DNA from: an uncultured Candidatus Saccharibacteria bacterium
GTDB taxonomy: Bacteria; Patescibacteriota; Dojkabacteria; SC72
DNA length: 64,000 nucleotides
Direction: 5' to 3'
NCBI GenBank assembly: GCA_964514595.1
Contig: CAZEQZ010000001.1
Coordinates: 267,847 to 331,846, forward strand
The translations under genes were made by a program, and so were the position numbers. Below the pieces are notes generated by a model that was given only the letters and a program-made list of their open reading frames with translations, did no database searches and was not told the origin of the DNA. Every line of letters begins with the position of its first letter. The first letter of the stretch is position 1. This document shows, one piece after another, positions 29,594 through 39,547 of the stretch.

Positions 29594-31426
29594 TCAATTT
29601 TGCTTCTGTATTTCCAGATCATCTGCTATTGCTAGAAATATATCACGCCATACCGGGACCGTTGTTAAACTTGCGAAGCCAGCACTCTTGGGCTCTTGTA
29701 GTTTTACCAGCATAATCATTTTAGGATCATTAGAGGGTGCAAAGCCAATAACAGTATCATTTGTAAATCTCTCATCGTATCCCCCAATACCCTCTCTTGC
29801 TATTTGTGCAGTTCCAGTTTTTGCAGCAATATCATAATCCATAAGTGGGAGGGCGTATGCACTAAGAGAATTTTCTTTTACTGCTTTAGCTAGAGCCTCT
29901 TTTATTATATCTGCAGTTTCTTTGGATATAGGTGTTGATAATATTTGAGGCTTTATCTCAATGGTTTCTTTCTCGTCCTTTATCTCGGAAATAATGTATG
30001 GTCTCATTCTAACTCCACCGTTTGCGAATGTGCTAATAGCAGAAAGGACTTGAAGAGGTGTTGCCGCTATACCTCCCTGTCCATACGATGTGGTTATAAT
30101 GTCTAAATTAGTCCAGAGATTTTTAGGCCTGAGATAGCTTGTACTTTCCTCTTGTAGGCCTATTCCTATGAATTCTCCAACTCCAAAATCTTTAAGTGAT
30201 GAATAGAATTGATTGAAATCCATTTTTAGAGCCACTTGTGCTGTACAGGGGTTGTTTGATTTCCCAAATATTCCAGAAAGATCAAGCAATCCAGCAGGAA
30301 GTCTATTCCAAGTGTATATTTTTTGTCCTATTTGGTCTGCATATCCGGTTGCTTCATACAGATCTAGATATCCTTTATTATCATTACATGTATACTCTTT
30401 ATCTATAATACCTGTCTCAAGAGCTATTGCTATAGTAATGGGCTTTTGAACAGAGCCATACTCATATACATCTGATATTGCTCTGTTCTTTAATATCCAT
30501 GGTTCAGATATTCTCCAATATTCATTGGGATCATAAGAGGGATAATTTGCCATGGCCAATATAGCTCCAGTTTTGGGATTCATAATAATTGCAGTACCAC
30601 TCTTTGCCCTGCTCTCCTTAACACCCTCCTCTAAAATTTCTTCAACTTTGCTTTGTAGGTTTGGAACTATGGTAAGCTTAAAATCTTTTCCTTCTCTGGG
30701 AAGAATAGGTTCATACTCTGCAGTCAAGATAACATTTCCGGAAGAATCTTTCTCTTCATATGAGTACCCCTCTCTTCCTGTGATATCACCGTAGTAGTAG
30801 CCCTGTATTCCGTATTGTCCTACTAAATCACCATTTTCGTCTCTTCCTATAAAACCAAGTATATGAGATGCTAATTGATTATTTGGGTATACTCTCTTCT
30901 CTTCATTTTCAAAATAAAGACCAAAGCCTTGGGTCCCTGGACCAAATATTTCTGCCTGTTCTAAAGCTTTCTTCTTCTCAGTGTCTACCTCTTTCTTTAA
31001 TGAGGCATATACAAAATCATCTGTAATTTTAGATTCTATCTCAGAAGTTTCTACATTAAGTATAGAAGCGACTTCATTCACAAACCTTTCTTTGTTATCA
31101 AAGAAAAGTTCTCTCTCATCCTCATCATTGCTTAGCGTTGCGTATATGTTCCAAACAGGCTCGTCTACGGCCAAAACTGTACCATCAGATGCAGTTATTA
31201 CTCCTCTTGGCGCCACCTGAATCCTATTTGTTTTGTACTGATCCTGGGCCATTTCTTGGAATTTGTCGGCAAATATTATTTGCCATCTAAATATCTGGAA
31301 TATGAGAATTGCTGCTAATAGAGTAATGCTGTATCCGACAATTACTAAATTAGATATTTTCTTTTCCTTTGAATTGCTTCTTGCAAGAGATCCCTTTTTT
31401 CTATTGAAGTGATTAAGGCTTGACAT
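29594..31426 (-). CDS. ftsI: Class B penicillin-binding protein (FtsI/PBP3-like)
   Basis: PRGVI, RVYP, GIQGYY, SVQK, SNN, KTGTAQ; follows mraZ-rsmH-ftsL. Confidence 0.88.
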   Translation of the reverse strand: MSSLNHFNRKKGSLARSNSKEKKISNLVIVGYSITLLAAILIFQIFRWQIIFADKFQEMAQDQYKTNRIQVAPRGVITASDGTVLAVDEPVWNIYATLSNDEDERELFFDNKERFVNEVASILNVETSEIESKITDDFVYASLKKEVDTEKKKALEQAEIFGPGTQGFGLYFENEEKRVYPNNQLASHILGFIGRDENGDLVGQYGIQGYYYGDITGREGYSYEEKDSSGNVILTAEYEPILPREGKDFKLTIVPNLQSKVEEILEEGVKESRAKSGTAIIMNPKTGAILAMANYPSYDPNEYWRISEPWILKNRAISDVYEYGSVQKPITIAIALETGIIDKEYTCNDNKGYLDLYEATGYADQIGQKIYTWNRLPAGLLDLSGIFGKSNNPCTAQVALKMDFNQFYSSLKDFGVGEFIGIGLQEESTSYLRPKNLWTNLDIITTSYGQGGIAATPLQVLSAISTFANGGVRMRPYIISEIKDEKETIEIKPQILSTPISKETADIIKEALAKAVKENSLSAYALPLMDYDIAAKTGTAQIAREGIGGYDERFTNDTVIGFAPSNDPKMIMLVKLQEPKSAGFASLTTVPVWRDIFLAIADDLEIQKQN

Positions 31427-31728
31427 TACTGTCTTTCTGCTATAATACTTGAGTCCTCTATGTATATTATTGTTCTCTCATTTGCTGATGAAATATTGAG
31501 TTCCTTGTTGGCAAGTTGTTTAATTACTGTAATGGAATTGGTTTTTGCAATCTGTTCTTCCATTGATCTGTTCTCCTCTATCAGATAGTTTTTCTCTCTA
31601 TTTAAACTTTGAAGTTCTACGCCCAATGGGCTTAATATTGAATTTATAACTAGTTGAGAGAAGGTGAACGTTAGAAGTGTAAGCACAAAGAGTGTGGCGG
31701 CTATGTTTTGATTTCTGGTTCTAGTCAT
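31426..31728 (-). CDS. FtsL-like cell division protein
   Basis: TM plus coiled coil; located between rsmH and ftsI. Confidence 0.7.
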   Translation of the reverse strand: MTRTRNQNIAATLFVLTLLTFTFSQLVINSILSPLGVELQSLNREKNYLIEENRSMEEQIAKTNSITVIKQLANKELNISSANERTIIYIEDSSIIAERQ

Positions 31729-32623
31729 TACGGTTGTGTTGCTTAATTAAAGTTCTTAACTTGGCAGAAGCGGATCTAGGGTTATCCTTTTTTTCGTCGT
31801 CGGTTGGGGCAATATGACTTTTAAAAAGCATCTCCCCTTCTCCGCTTCTCTGTTTTTCTAAAAAATAATTTTTAACGATGCGATCTTCTAAAGAATGGAA
31901 TGAGATTACAGATAATCTTCCATTGTTTTGTAAGATCTCAAACGACCTATCTAGTGCAGTTTCTAGGCTGTTTAATTCATCATTTACCACGATTCGCAGG
32001 GCCTGGAAGACCCTGCGAGAAGGGTTCTTGTTAGAATTATCAGCCGGCACTACTTTGTAAATAAGCCGTGTAAGATCTCCTACAGTATTAATATCAGAAA
32101 TATTATTTTTAATAGCTTTTGCTATTTGGTGAGATCTCCTCTCCTCCCCATATTTTCTAAAAACCATGGTGAGTTGTTTCTCAGGTAGTGCATTTAACAA
32201 ATCTTTCGCTGTTACTCCGAGCTCTTTGTCCATTCTCATGTCTAGAGGTTCATTCTTCTCTAAATAACTAAATCCTCGATTATGAGATTCTTCAAGTTGT
32301 CTGGATGAAAGGCCAAGATCCATCAAGATTCCCTTCGGTTTTCTGTTAAGATCCTGCGTAAAATCTTGTATCTTAGAGAAGTTTCCTTTTCTTATGATCC
32401 AGTTCTTTTGTTTGCTCTCCTTTTGGTAGTACTCTTTCACAAAATCAATAGCATGTTGATCTTGATCTATACTTAATAGTAGTCCTTTGTCGGAAAGTCT
32501 TCTTAATATTTCTATGCTATGACCACCATCACCCAAAGTACAATCTATATAGAATTCGTCTGGATTTATGTTTAATGAGTCTAGGCTTTCCTTGAGAAGG
32601 ACTGGGATATGTATTTTACGCAT
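31721..32623 (-). CDS. rsmH: 16S rRNA m4C1402 methyltransferase
   Basis: HIPVLL, DCTLGDGGHS, DLGLSSRQL, PLDMRMD, FQALRIVVNDEL, ISFHSLEDRIVK, NPRSASAKLR. Confidence 0.97.
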   Translation of the reverse strand: MRKIHIPVLLKESLDSLNINPDEFYIDCTLGDGGHSIEILRRLSDKGLLLSIDQDQHAIDFVKEYYQKESKQKNWIIRKGNFSKIQDFTQDLNRKPKGILMDLGLSSRQLEESHNRGFSYLEKNEPLDMRMDKELGVTAKDLLNALPEKQLTMVFRKYGEERRSHQIAKAIKNNISDINTVGDLTRLIYKVVPADNSNKNPSRRVFQALRIVVNDELNSLETALDRSFEILQNNGRLSVISFHSLEDRIVKNYFLEKQRSGEGEMLFKSHIAPTDDEKKDNPRSASAKLRTLIKQHNRND

Positions 32624-33059
32624 CTTTCTTTGTACTCATCTTACTAATTTCTTGTGCTATTTCTTCTCCATGTTCTTTAAGATAGTTAAGTCTTTCCTGC
32701 CACATTTCTTTGTCCCATATCTCTATCCAGTTTATTAAGCCTATGAATATAACATCCTTTTTAAGATGTGCATGTTCAAATAGTGATTCTGGTATGACAA
32801 ATCTACCTTGAGTATCTACAGATATTTCCTTTGCACCACCAACTAAGAATCTGCTGGTATCTCTGATATCTTTATTTATAAAAGAGCCATTTATCACTTC
32901 TGTTGCTACTTTTTTCCATAATTTCTCATTTACTACTATTAGTGCTTGTTCGTACCCTCTTGTAAGAATTAGATTGTTACCTAACTCTTCTCTAAATTTT
33001 TTTGGAAGTGAGACTCTCTTTTTCTCTCCTATTCTACTTTTGTATTCTCCTATTAACAT
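32616..33059 (-). CDS. mraZ: Transcriptional regulator MraZ
   Basis: MLIGEY, RVSLPKKFR, DTQGRFVIP, IEIWD; first gene of the dcw operon. Confidence 0.95.
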   Translation of the reverse strand: MLIGEYKSRIGEKKRVSLPKKFREELGNNLILTRGYEQALIVVNEKLWKKVATEVINGSFINKDIRDTSRFLVGGAKEISVDTQGRFVIPESLFEHAHLKKDVIFIGLINWIEIWDKEMWQERLNYLKEHGEEIAQEISKMSTKKDA

Positions 33060-33081
33060 GTTTTTAATATATCATCTTTCA

Positions 33082-33106
33082 CCACTTTTTGCCACTTCCT
33101 GCCACT
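33082..33106 (-). promoter_or_regulatory. MraZ-binding direct repeats
   Basis: Minus strand AGTGG-CAGGA-AGTGG-CAAAA-AGTGG: three GTGG boxes at a 10-bp period upstream of mraZ. Confidence 0.85.
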
Positions 33107-33310
33107 AATGTAACATTGCGTACTATTTTCGTCAAGTAAATATAACTACAGGCTCAAATATAATTCTCTAGGCCATTAAGATTTGTTGAAATACAGGAAA
33201 AATGTACAAATTGAGTATAAAAATAATTCACGAACCGATAGCTATTATTATTGAAAATAAATCAAATAACTAATATATTAAATGAGGTACTAAATTTATC
33301 TGTCTTAATA

Positions 33311-34693
33311 ATGAAGGTATATCTGAAAGATATTATAGAAAGATTTCCAGAATTTGAAATTCGAAATTATAATGAGAATGCGTATTTTGAGGGTTTTAGT
33401 CATGACTCAAGAAGTGTTAAAGAGAATGATATATACATACCAATTATTGGAGAAAAATTTGATGGCCATGATTTTATAGTAGATGCATTGAACAATGGTG
33501 CTTCTATGGCAATTTGCCAAGACAGGAAATATGCAGATTTAGAAGGTGTAACAAAACCTATTATTTTGGTTAATACTATTGAGGAAGGACTACAGAAGAT
33601 ACTTAATTATGCGATATCCCCTATAACTGCTCCTGTTGTAGCGATAACAGGTAGTACGGGAAAGACAACAACTAAAAAGATGTTGGTTACTATACTTAAG
33701 AATCAAATGGAGGTTCTGTACTCAGATACATCAAATACTGTTTGGGGAAATGCTGTATTGTTAAGTCAGTACAAGGGGGAGGACGCAATTGTTTTGGAGT
33801 GTGGTATGGATAGGAAGGGAGAGATAGCTTGGCATGTTAACTCGGTTGATCCGGATATAGGTATTTTACTGAATGTGGGGCATGTGCATGGTGAACAGGT
33901 TGGGAGTATAGAGGATATATATGAGGAGAAGAAGAATCTCGCTGATTATATGGAAAGAACCGGAAAGCCCCTGGTTTTAAATATAGATGATGAGAGGTTG
34001 GTGAGGATAAAGGATGCATATAGAGAGGGATCAGAATTAATTACTTTCGGTAAGAGCGAAGGAGCCGAATATCAGATTCTGGGAGTTACTGTAGATGAGA
34101 AAGGGACTCATTTTAGTTTCAAATATTATGATAACGTAATGGATGTAGATCTTAATGTGTATGGAGAGGGTTATGTATATAATGCCATGGCTGCAATTAT
34201 CTCTGCCAACAGGCTTGGAGTTGCAATGGATAATTGTATAAAGGGAGTTGGATTATTTGAGGGTGGTAATGGAAGATTTGAGAAATTACGATATGGGAAA
34301 AATGTCGAGATAGTAAATGATGCATATAATGCTAATCCAACATCTATGGAGATGTCTCTAAAGACATTTAACCAGTTATATTCACAAAGTAAGTATCATC
34401 GAATAGTTGTATTGGGGGATATGAAGGAATTAGGAAAGGTTTCTGCTGAAAAACATATGGAGCTAGGTGGTACGGTTATGGAATATAATTTTGATGATAT
34501 TTATTATGTTGGGGATATGTTTGATAGCTTTAATGTGGGAGAACACTTAGAATCTGCAGATGAAGTTGCTGCAATGTTGAATAACAGGTTAGATACACTG
34601 AAAGGTAGGGATGTAGCAATACTGCTTAAGGCTAGCAACAGCATAAAGCTATATCAAGTCCCTGATTTTCTAAAAAAATTAGGGTGTGTCTAG
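33311..34693 (+). CDS. murF: UDP-N-acetylmuramoyl-tripeptide--D-Ala-D-Ala ligase
   Basis: DSRSV, GEKFDGHDF, ITGSTGKTTTK, NDAYNANPTSM, VLGDMKELG, LLKAS; ATG at 33311 preferred over the TTG at 33251. Confidence 0.9.
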   Translation: MKVYLKDIIERFPEFEIRNYNENAYFEGFSHDSRSVKENDIYIPIIGEKFDGHDFIVDALNNGASMAICQDRKYADLEGVTKPIILVNTIEEGLQKILNYAISPITAPVVAITGSTGKTTTKKMLVTILKNQMEVLYSDTSNTVWGNAVLLSQYKGEDAIVLECGMDRKGEIAWHVNSVDPDIGILLNVGHVHGEQVGSIEDIYEEKKNLADYMERTGKPLVLNIDDERLVRIKDAYREGSELITFGKSEGAEYQILGVTVDEKGTHFSFKYYDNVMDVDLNVYGEGYVYNAMAAIISANRLGVAMDNCIKGVGLFEGGNGRFEKLRYGKNVEIVNDAYNANPTSMEMSLKTFNQLYSQSKYHRIVVLGDMKELGKVSAEKHMELGGTVMEYNFDDIYYVGDMFDSFNVGEHLESADEVAAMLNNRLDTLKGRDVAILLKASNSIKLYQVPDFLKKLGCV

Positions 34694-34697
34694 TGGA

Positions 34698-35990
34698 TTA
34701 CTCTACCCACTTTAAGTTAGCACCTAAATTGTTTAGATTTTCTATAAAATTAGGATGCGCTCTTTTAATGGAGTCAGCATTTTTTATAATTGATTCCCCT
34801 TCTATGGTTTGTGCAACCATCATTAACGCAACAGTAGCTCTAATAATGTTTGGAGCATCCACAATTGCTGGTCTTAAAGGTTTATTTCCATATACAATCA
34901 CTCTGTGAGGATCACACATCACTATATGAGCTCCAAATTTAATCATTTCTGGAATCCAAAAGAAACCTCCTTCGTATAGTTTGTTCCAAAACATTATAGA
35001 TCCTTCTGATTTAACGGAGAGAGCGATCATAAGGGGCATAAGGTCTGTTGGGAAGTACGGCCATGGTGCTGCTTCCAATTTTTGTAGCATGTTTTTTGTA
35101 TACGGTTCTATAATTTTCAATTGCTGATTCTCTTTGACAATTGCAGTATCACCTTCATATTCAACTTTAACATTAAATTTGGCAAATGCTTTGTTTATTA
35201 AAGGAAAATGCTCAGGGACAGAATTGTGTACCTTTATTTCTCCACCAGTCATAGCTCCTAGTGCTAAAAGGGTTGTTATTTCGTGGTGATCGGAAGTGAT
35301 TGTGAAATCAGTTCCATGGAGATCTTGGACCCCAGAAATATCAATTCGAGAGGAACCAATTCCTTTTATTTGTGCACCCATTGTTACTAGGAAATTACAT
35401 AGATCTTGAACGTGAGGTTCAGAGGCTGCATTGATCATTGTAGAATTACCTTGAGCCTTAACAGCTGCCATTACAAAATTTTCAGTAGTTGTCACACTCA
35501 TGTAGTCTTGCCAAAGAAAACCACCTTTCAAATTACCGTTAGTTTGTATTTTTAAAGTATCGTTTGATTCTATCTTAGCTCCTAGTCCCTCTAGTACCTC
35601 CAAATGTGGATCTAATTCCCTTATTCCTAATGAACATCCTCCTATCTCCTCTTTAACCTCTATTTGATCAAATCTGGATGCAAGAGGACCAAGAAGGAGA
35701 ATAGCTCCTCTCATTCCTAGTGGAAATCCTTCATGACCAAATTCATTTTTAAAATTTGCGTTGTTAACTGTAATTATGTGGTTCTGTTTGTCCCATTGTA
35801 TATCTGAGCCCATTGAGGTCATTAATTCTATGAGTTTATTAACATCTGTTAAGTCAGGAAAGTTTCTTATAGTAACAGTTTCATTTGTGAGTAAAGTGGC
35901 ACAAAGTATTGGCAATGCAGAGTTTTTATTCCCAGCTGGTGTTAATTCTCCACTTAATCTGCTACCCCCTTTTATTAATAAGTCTGCCAT
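34698..35990 (-). CDS. murA: UDP-N-acetylglucosamine 1-carboxyvinyltransferase
   Basis: GNKNSALPI, GGCSLGIR (catalytic Cys loop), SVTTTEN, NAASEPHVQDLCNFL, PWPYFPTD. Confidence 0.95.
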   Translation of the reverse strand: MADLLIKGGSRLSGELTPAGNKNSALPILCATLLTNETVTIRNFPDLTDVNKLIELMTSMGSDIQWDKQNHIITVNNANFKNEFGHEGFPLGMRGAILLLGPLASRFDQIEVKEEIGGCSLGIRELDPHLEVLEGLGAKIESNDTLKIQTNGNLKGGFLWQDYMSVTTTENFVMAAVKAQGNSTMINAASEPHVQDLCNFLVTMGAQIKGIGSSRIDISGVQDLHGTDFTITSDHHEITTLLALGAMTGGEIKVHNSVPEHFPLINKAFAKFNVKVEYEGDTAIVKENQQLKIIEPYTKNMLQKLEAAPWPYFPTDLMPLMIALSVKSEGSIMFWNKLYEGGFFWIPEMIKFGAHIVMCDPHRVIVYGNKPLRPAIVDAPNIIRATVALMMVAQTIEGESIIKNADSIKRAHPNFIENLNNLGANLKWVE

Positions 35991-36015
35991 TACGTTTATT
36001 TAAAAATTTATATCA

Positions 36016-37185
36016 TTACAGTCCTATATTCCTAAGGATCTTTCTGTCGGCATCTTTTAGAAATATTGATTGAAGGCGACCTGTATCTACAGTTTTTTCT
36101 TTGGAGATAAACCTTTCTATCTTCAATAAAAGAAATTCAGGAGTCAACTCTCCTTCGTTAATTATTTCTGCTAAGCCAAGCTCCTTTAGAATTTGGGCGT
36201 TTCTCTCTTGTTCATTGTGTGTGACCCAGGGTATTGGTATGAAAATAGATGGTATCTTTAAAATACCTGCTTCATATACAGTATTAGCCCCTGCCCTTCC
36301 TACAAATAAGTCTATGTTGTTAAGAAGAAATCCAATCTCTTTTCTGTCGATATATTTGGTTACATAGAATCGATCCTTTAGATCTTTTTCTAGTTTGTTT
36401 TTTTCTTTCTGCAAAGTCTGAAAATCATTGTATTTTTTATTATCTCCTGTTTGTAGTATTACTTGAAAATCTTGAAGTAAGGTTTGAAGTGCTTCCTTAA
36501 CTGTTGTATTAATACAATGAGAACCTAATCCTCCACCGGATATATATATTATTGGAAGCTCTTCCTGATTCACTAACATTCGCTTTAATGATTGAGATAC
36601 TGCTCCATTTGCTGTTTTTTGAAAGATCTCCTGTCTTACTAAATTTCCTGTATGTATAGTCTTCTCCTTCGGGAAATATTTCGAAGAAGATGGAAATGTA
36701 ATAAATATTTTCGTGGCAAACTTACTCACTATTTTGTTTGAAAGTCCTATTGCTGCGGTTTGTTCATGTAGGTATATGTCAGCTTTGAAAATCTTTGCAA
36801 TTACACAAACTGGTACTGTAACAAATCCTCCAGTAGATATCACAATATTCGGTTTAAATTCTCTTATTATCTTGTATGAGTCTATGAATCCCAATATTAC
36901 TCTGAATAGCAATTGAATTGTCTTTAAGGACATAGATCTTTGTAGTTTTCCAGCTCTTATATATTTTTTGTTGAATTCTTCCTTTGCGAAGACTCGTTTT
37001 TCTATAGAATTCCCTGGCTTCTCATCTTCCATGCCTAGGTCTCCTCCAATATATAGAAAGTTAGAATTGTTAATTAAATACTCATTTCTAATAGCGGAAA
37101 TAATAGATGATGCAGCAGAAACATGTCCACCTGATCCTCCTCCTGTTATAATAACTTTCTTTTTTAAAGATTTTTTATTGACCAT
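36016..37185 (-). CDS. murG: Undecaprenyl-PP-MurNAc-pentapeptide GlcNAc transferase
   Basis: TGGGSGGH, TGGFVTVP, HEQT, TGNLVR, GGGLGS, RAGANT, EQERNA. Confidence 0.95.
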   Translation of the reverse strand: MVNKKSLKKKVIITGGGSGGHVSAASSIISAIRNEYLINNSNFLYIGGDLGMEDEKPGNSIEKRVFAKEEFNKKYIRAGKLQRSMSLKTIQLLFRVILGFIDSYKIIREFKPNIVISTGGFVTVPVCVIAKIFKADIYLHEQTAAIGLSNKIVSKFATKIFITFPSSSKYFPKEKTIHTGNLVRQEIFQKTANGAVSQSLKRMLVNQEELPIIYISGGGLGSHCINTTVKEALQTLLQDFQVILQTGDNKKYNDFQTLQKEKNKLEKDLKDRFYVTKYIDRKEIGFLLNNIDLFVGRAGANTVYEAGILKIPSIFIPIPWVTHNEQERNAQILKELGLAEIINEGELTPEFLLLKIERFISKEKTVDTGRLQSIFLKDADRKILRNIGL

Positions 37186-38371
37186 TACTAATTGTCGAAT
37201 ATTTACTTACATTAAGTAGTATAGCAATTCCTATGACTGTTACGATAGTGCTGGATCCGCCATATGTGAGGAATGGAGTTGGAATACCTGTTAATGGTAT
37301 GAGGCCAACATTTGCGGCCATGTTCATTAGGGCTTGTAATGTTAACCATATCGTAATGCCCGAGGCTAGTAGACGTCCCTGTTTATCAGGAGCATTTAAG
37401 GCTATTTTTATCCCTCTCCAAAGGAATACAATCCATGCCAGTATTATAACTACTCCCCCCACTAACCCTAATTCCTCTAAAACTACGGCAAATATTGAGT
37501 CCGTGAAAGCAGTATTTTCAACAAGATATCCAAATCTCTGTCTTGATTGCCCAAATCCTTTCCCAAGTAATCCTCCAGATCCAATGCCTATTAGTATTTG
37601 TTGCATTTGATATCCACTTCCTCTAGGATCTGCTACTTCTCCTGTGAATAGAAGTGTTAAATATGTCTGAATTCTTTTTAATCTATATGGCTCTAGTATT
37701 GCTGCTAATATCCCTACAGGGACTGCCAAAAGAATTACTGCCAAAGATCCAATAGTATGTGTTTTATCTTCCCCAGCCATTAGAAACATGATGAAAGATG
37801 TTAGAGATACAATAATGGTAGTTCCTAAATCAGGTTCTAATAGTATTAGGATAGATATGGTCCCAAGTATTGCCAAGAAGGATAACAGGTTTTTCAGAAA
37901 TCCTTCTTGTATGGCAGTTTTTAGATTTTTATATATATGATCTTTCTTAGAAAGCCAGCTAGCAAGATATATAATGAGTATTATTTTGGCAAACTCTGCA
38001 GGTTGTATATCAATGGGACCGATTGTTAACCATCTTTTGGCTCCATTTATAGGATCTCCCAATATTAATACAGCTATTAGAAGAATAACTGTAATAATTA
38101 AGGCAGGGAAGGCAAGCTTAGAGAATTTTTTGTAATCCCAGAGATAAAGTATTATGGCAGGTATTGTTGCCACAATTAGCCATATTATTTGTTGTTTTAG
38201 GAAATAGAATTGATCATTAAATATAGTAGTGGCTTGATATACACTGGCATCAAAGATCATTATGGCACCAAATATGGCCATGAATAATGCAAAATAAAGG
38301 ACTATTTTGTCTGGTTTATACTTCTGAAATGGTCGACTTCTTCTTTGTGTAGATCTTCTTGTTCTCGACAT
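37175..38371 (-). CDS. ftsW: SEDS peptidoglycan polymerase FtsW/RodA
   Basis: NGAKRW, QPAEFAK, EPDLGT, GYQ, GSGG..GKG, TDSIFAV..EELG, PLTGIP.PFLTYGGSS; adjacent to murG. Confidence 0.9.
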   Translation of the reverse strand: MSRTRRSTQRRSRPFQKYKPDKIVLYFALFMAIFGAIMIFDASVYQATTIFNDQFYFLKQQIIWLIVATIPAIILYLWDYKKFSKLAFPALIITVILLIAVLILGDPINGAKRWLTIGPIDIQPAEFAKIILIIYLASWLSKKDHIYKNLKTAIQEGFLKNLLSFLAILGTISILILLEPDLGTTIIVSLTSFIMFLMAGEDKTHTIGSLAVILLAVPVGILAAILEPYRLKRIQTYLTLLFTGEVADPRGSGYQMQQILIGIGSGGLLGKGFGQSRQRFGYLVENTAFTDSIFAVVLEELGLVGGVVIILAWIVFLWRGIKIALNAPDKQGRLLASGITIWLTLQALMNMAANVGLIPLTGIPTPFLTYGGSSTIVTVIGIAILLNVSKYSTISNGQ

Positions 38372-38401
38372 TGTATGACTATTAATATACTATATTAGCG
38401 T

Positions 38402-39019
38402 ATGGATAGAAAGAAAAGGAATGGAGACCTTAAATATTTATTTGTAGTTGGGGGACCTGGAGGGTCAGGTGCTACTACAATTGCGAAGATGTTAAGTAAA
38501 TATCTTAATTTAAGGAGAGTATATGCTGGGGGATTGTTTAGAGAGGAGGTGAGGAAGTTAGGTTATGAGAATTTTGAGGATTTCTATAGTGACTCTAATG
38601 AAAAATTATTAATGGATATTGATGAGAAGATAGACAGAGAATTAATAAATGAGGCTAATCAAGGAAGTGTGTTAATAGATTCTAAGATATTTGCTGCTAT
38701 AGCAGAGATTAAAAATATTCCTTGTACCGCTAGAATATGGTTGGACGCTTCTTTGCATGTTAGGGGGTTGAGGCATATGGGTAAGAGGGAATACAGGAAT
38801 GGGATTGATAGGATTGTAGGTTATTTGAAAATTAGGAGGGATTTGAAGAAGAGATGGAAGTTGGATAGTGTAAGATATAAAAAGTTATATGGGGTGGACT
38901 ATAGTAGGCCGGAAGTGTACAATGATATTGTTATTAATTCTTCTAAACTAAACGAGGAGGAGACGTTTAATTTAATTTTGAAGGAATTAAAGAATGGACG
39001 ATATATTGAAGAAAAATGA
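38402..39019 (+). CDS. Cytidylate kinase-like protein (archaeal-type Cmk family)
   Basis: P-loop GPGGSGATT, AGGLFRE, IDEKID, WLDAS, RYKKLYGVD, YNDIVINSS. Confidence 0.8.
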   Translation: MDRKKRNGDLKYLFVVGGPGGSGATTIAKMLSKYLNLRRVYAGGLFREEVRKLGYENFEDFYSDSNEKLLMDIDEKIDRELINEANQGSVLIDSKIFAAIAEIKNIPCTARIWLDASLHVRGLRHMGKREYRNGIDRIVGYLKIRRDLKKRWKLDSVRYKKLYGVDYSRPEVYNDIVINSSKLNEEETFNLILKELKNGRYIEEK

Positions 39020-39257
39020 GCAAGTGCCTGAGAACACTACTGTTACAGAATTTACCAAACATGTGGAGAAGGAAGTTAATAGTGGCGATAATAACGGGAT
39101 TGATATTGGAAGTGAAGTTGCTCCTGAGGATTTGGATAGTAGATGGTTGAGATGGAAATGTTTGGTGTGTGGGTATTTATACGAGGGTGTTACCAGGTTG
39201 AAGGTGTGTCCTAAGTGTGGAAATCAAGACCCAGACAAGTTTGAGGATGCTGAGTAA
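38994..39257 (+). CDS. Rubredoxin-like (rubrerythrin C-terminal type) metal-binding protein
   Basis: WKCLVCGYLYEG...CPKCG. Confidence 0.8.
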   Translation: MDDILKKNEQVPENTTVTEFTKHVEKEVNSGDNNGIDIGSEVAPEDLDSRWLRWKCLVCGYLYEGVTRLKVCPKCGNQDPDKFEDAE

Positions 39258-39259
39258 TC

Positions 39260-39343
39260 TGCCGGGAGAGGGAATCGAACCCTCACTCTATTTCTAGAAC
39301 GGGATTTTAAGTCCCGCGCGTCTGCCTATTCCGCCATCCCGGC
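39260..39343 (-). tRNA. tRNA-Leu(TAA), CCA not encoded
   Basis: GCCGGGA acceptor stem, anticodon arm CGGGA-CTTAAAA-TCCCG, long variable arm, GGTTCGATTCC T-arm. Confidence 0.96.
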
Positions 39344-39473
39344 TAATATGTTGAGCTATTTTAATCTAAATAGGTACAATTTTCAATTATACCCATAGCG
39401 TATTAAATTAGAATAAAAAAACGAATATAGTTATTGTTATACTATGATCCTTGTACAAACCGGACGTAGTATG

Positions 39474-39546
39474 AGGTGACGACGGGATTCGAACCCGTGA
39501 TAGTGGTTTTGCAGACCACGGCCTTAACCAACTTGGCTACGTCACC
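39474..39546 (-). tRNA. tRNA-Cys(GCA), CCA not encoded
   Basis: GGTGACG acceptor stem, GTGGT-CTGCAAA-ACCAC anticodon arm, GGTTCGAATCC, discriminator U. Confidence 0.96.
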
Positions 39547-39547
39547 G

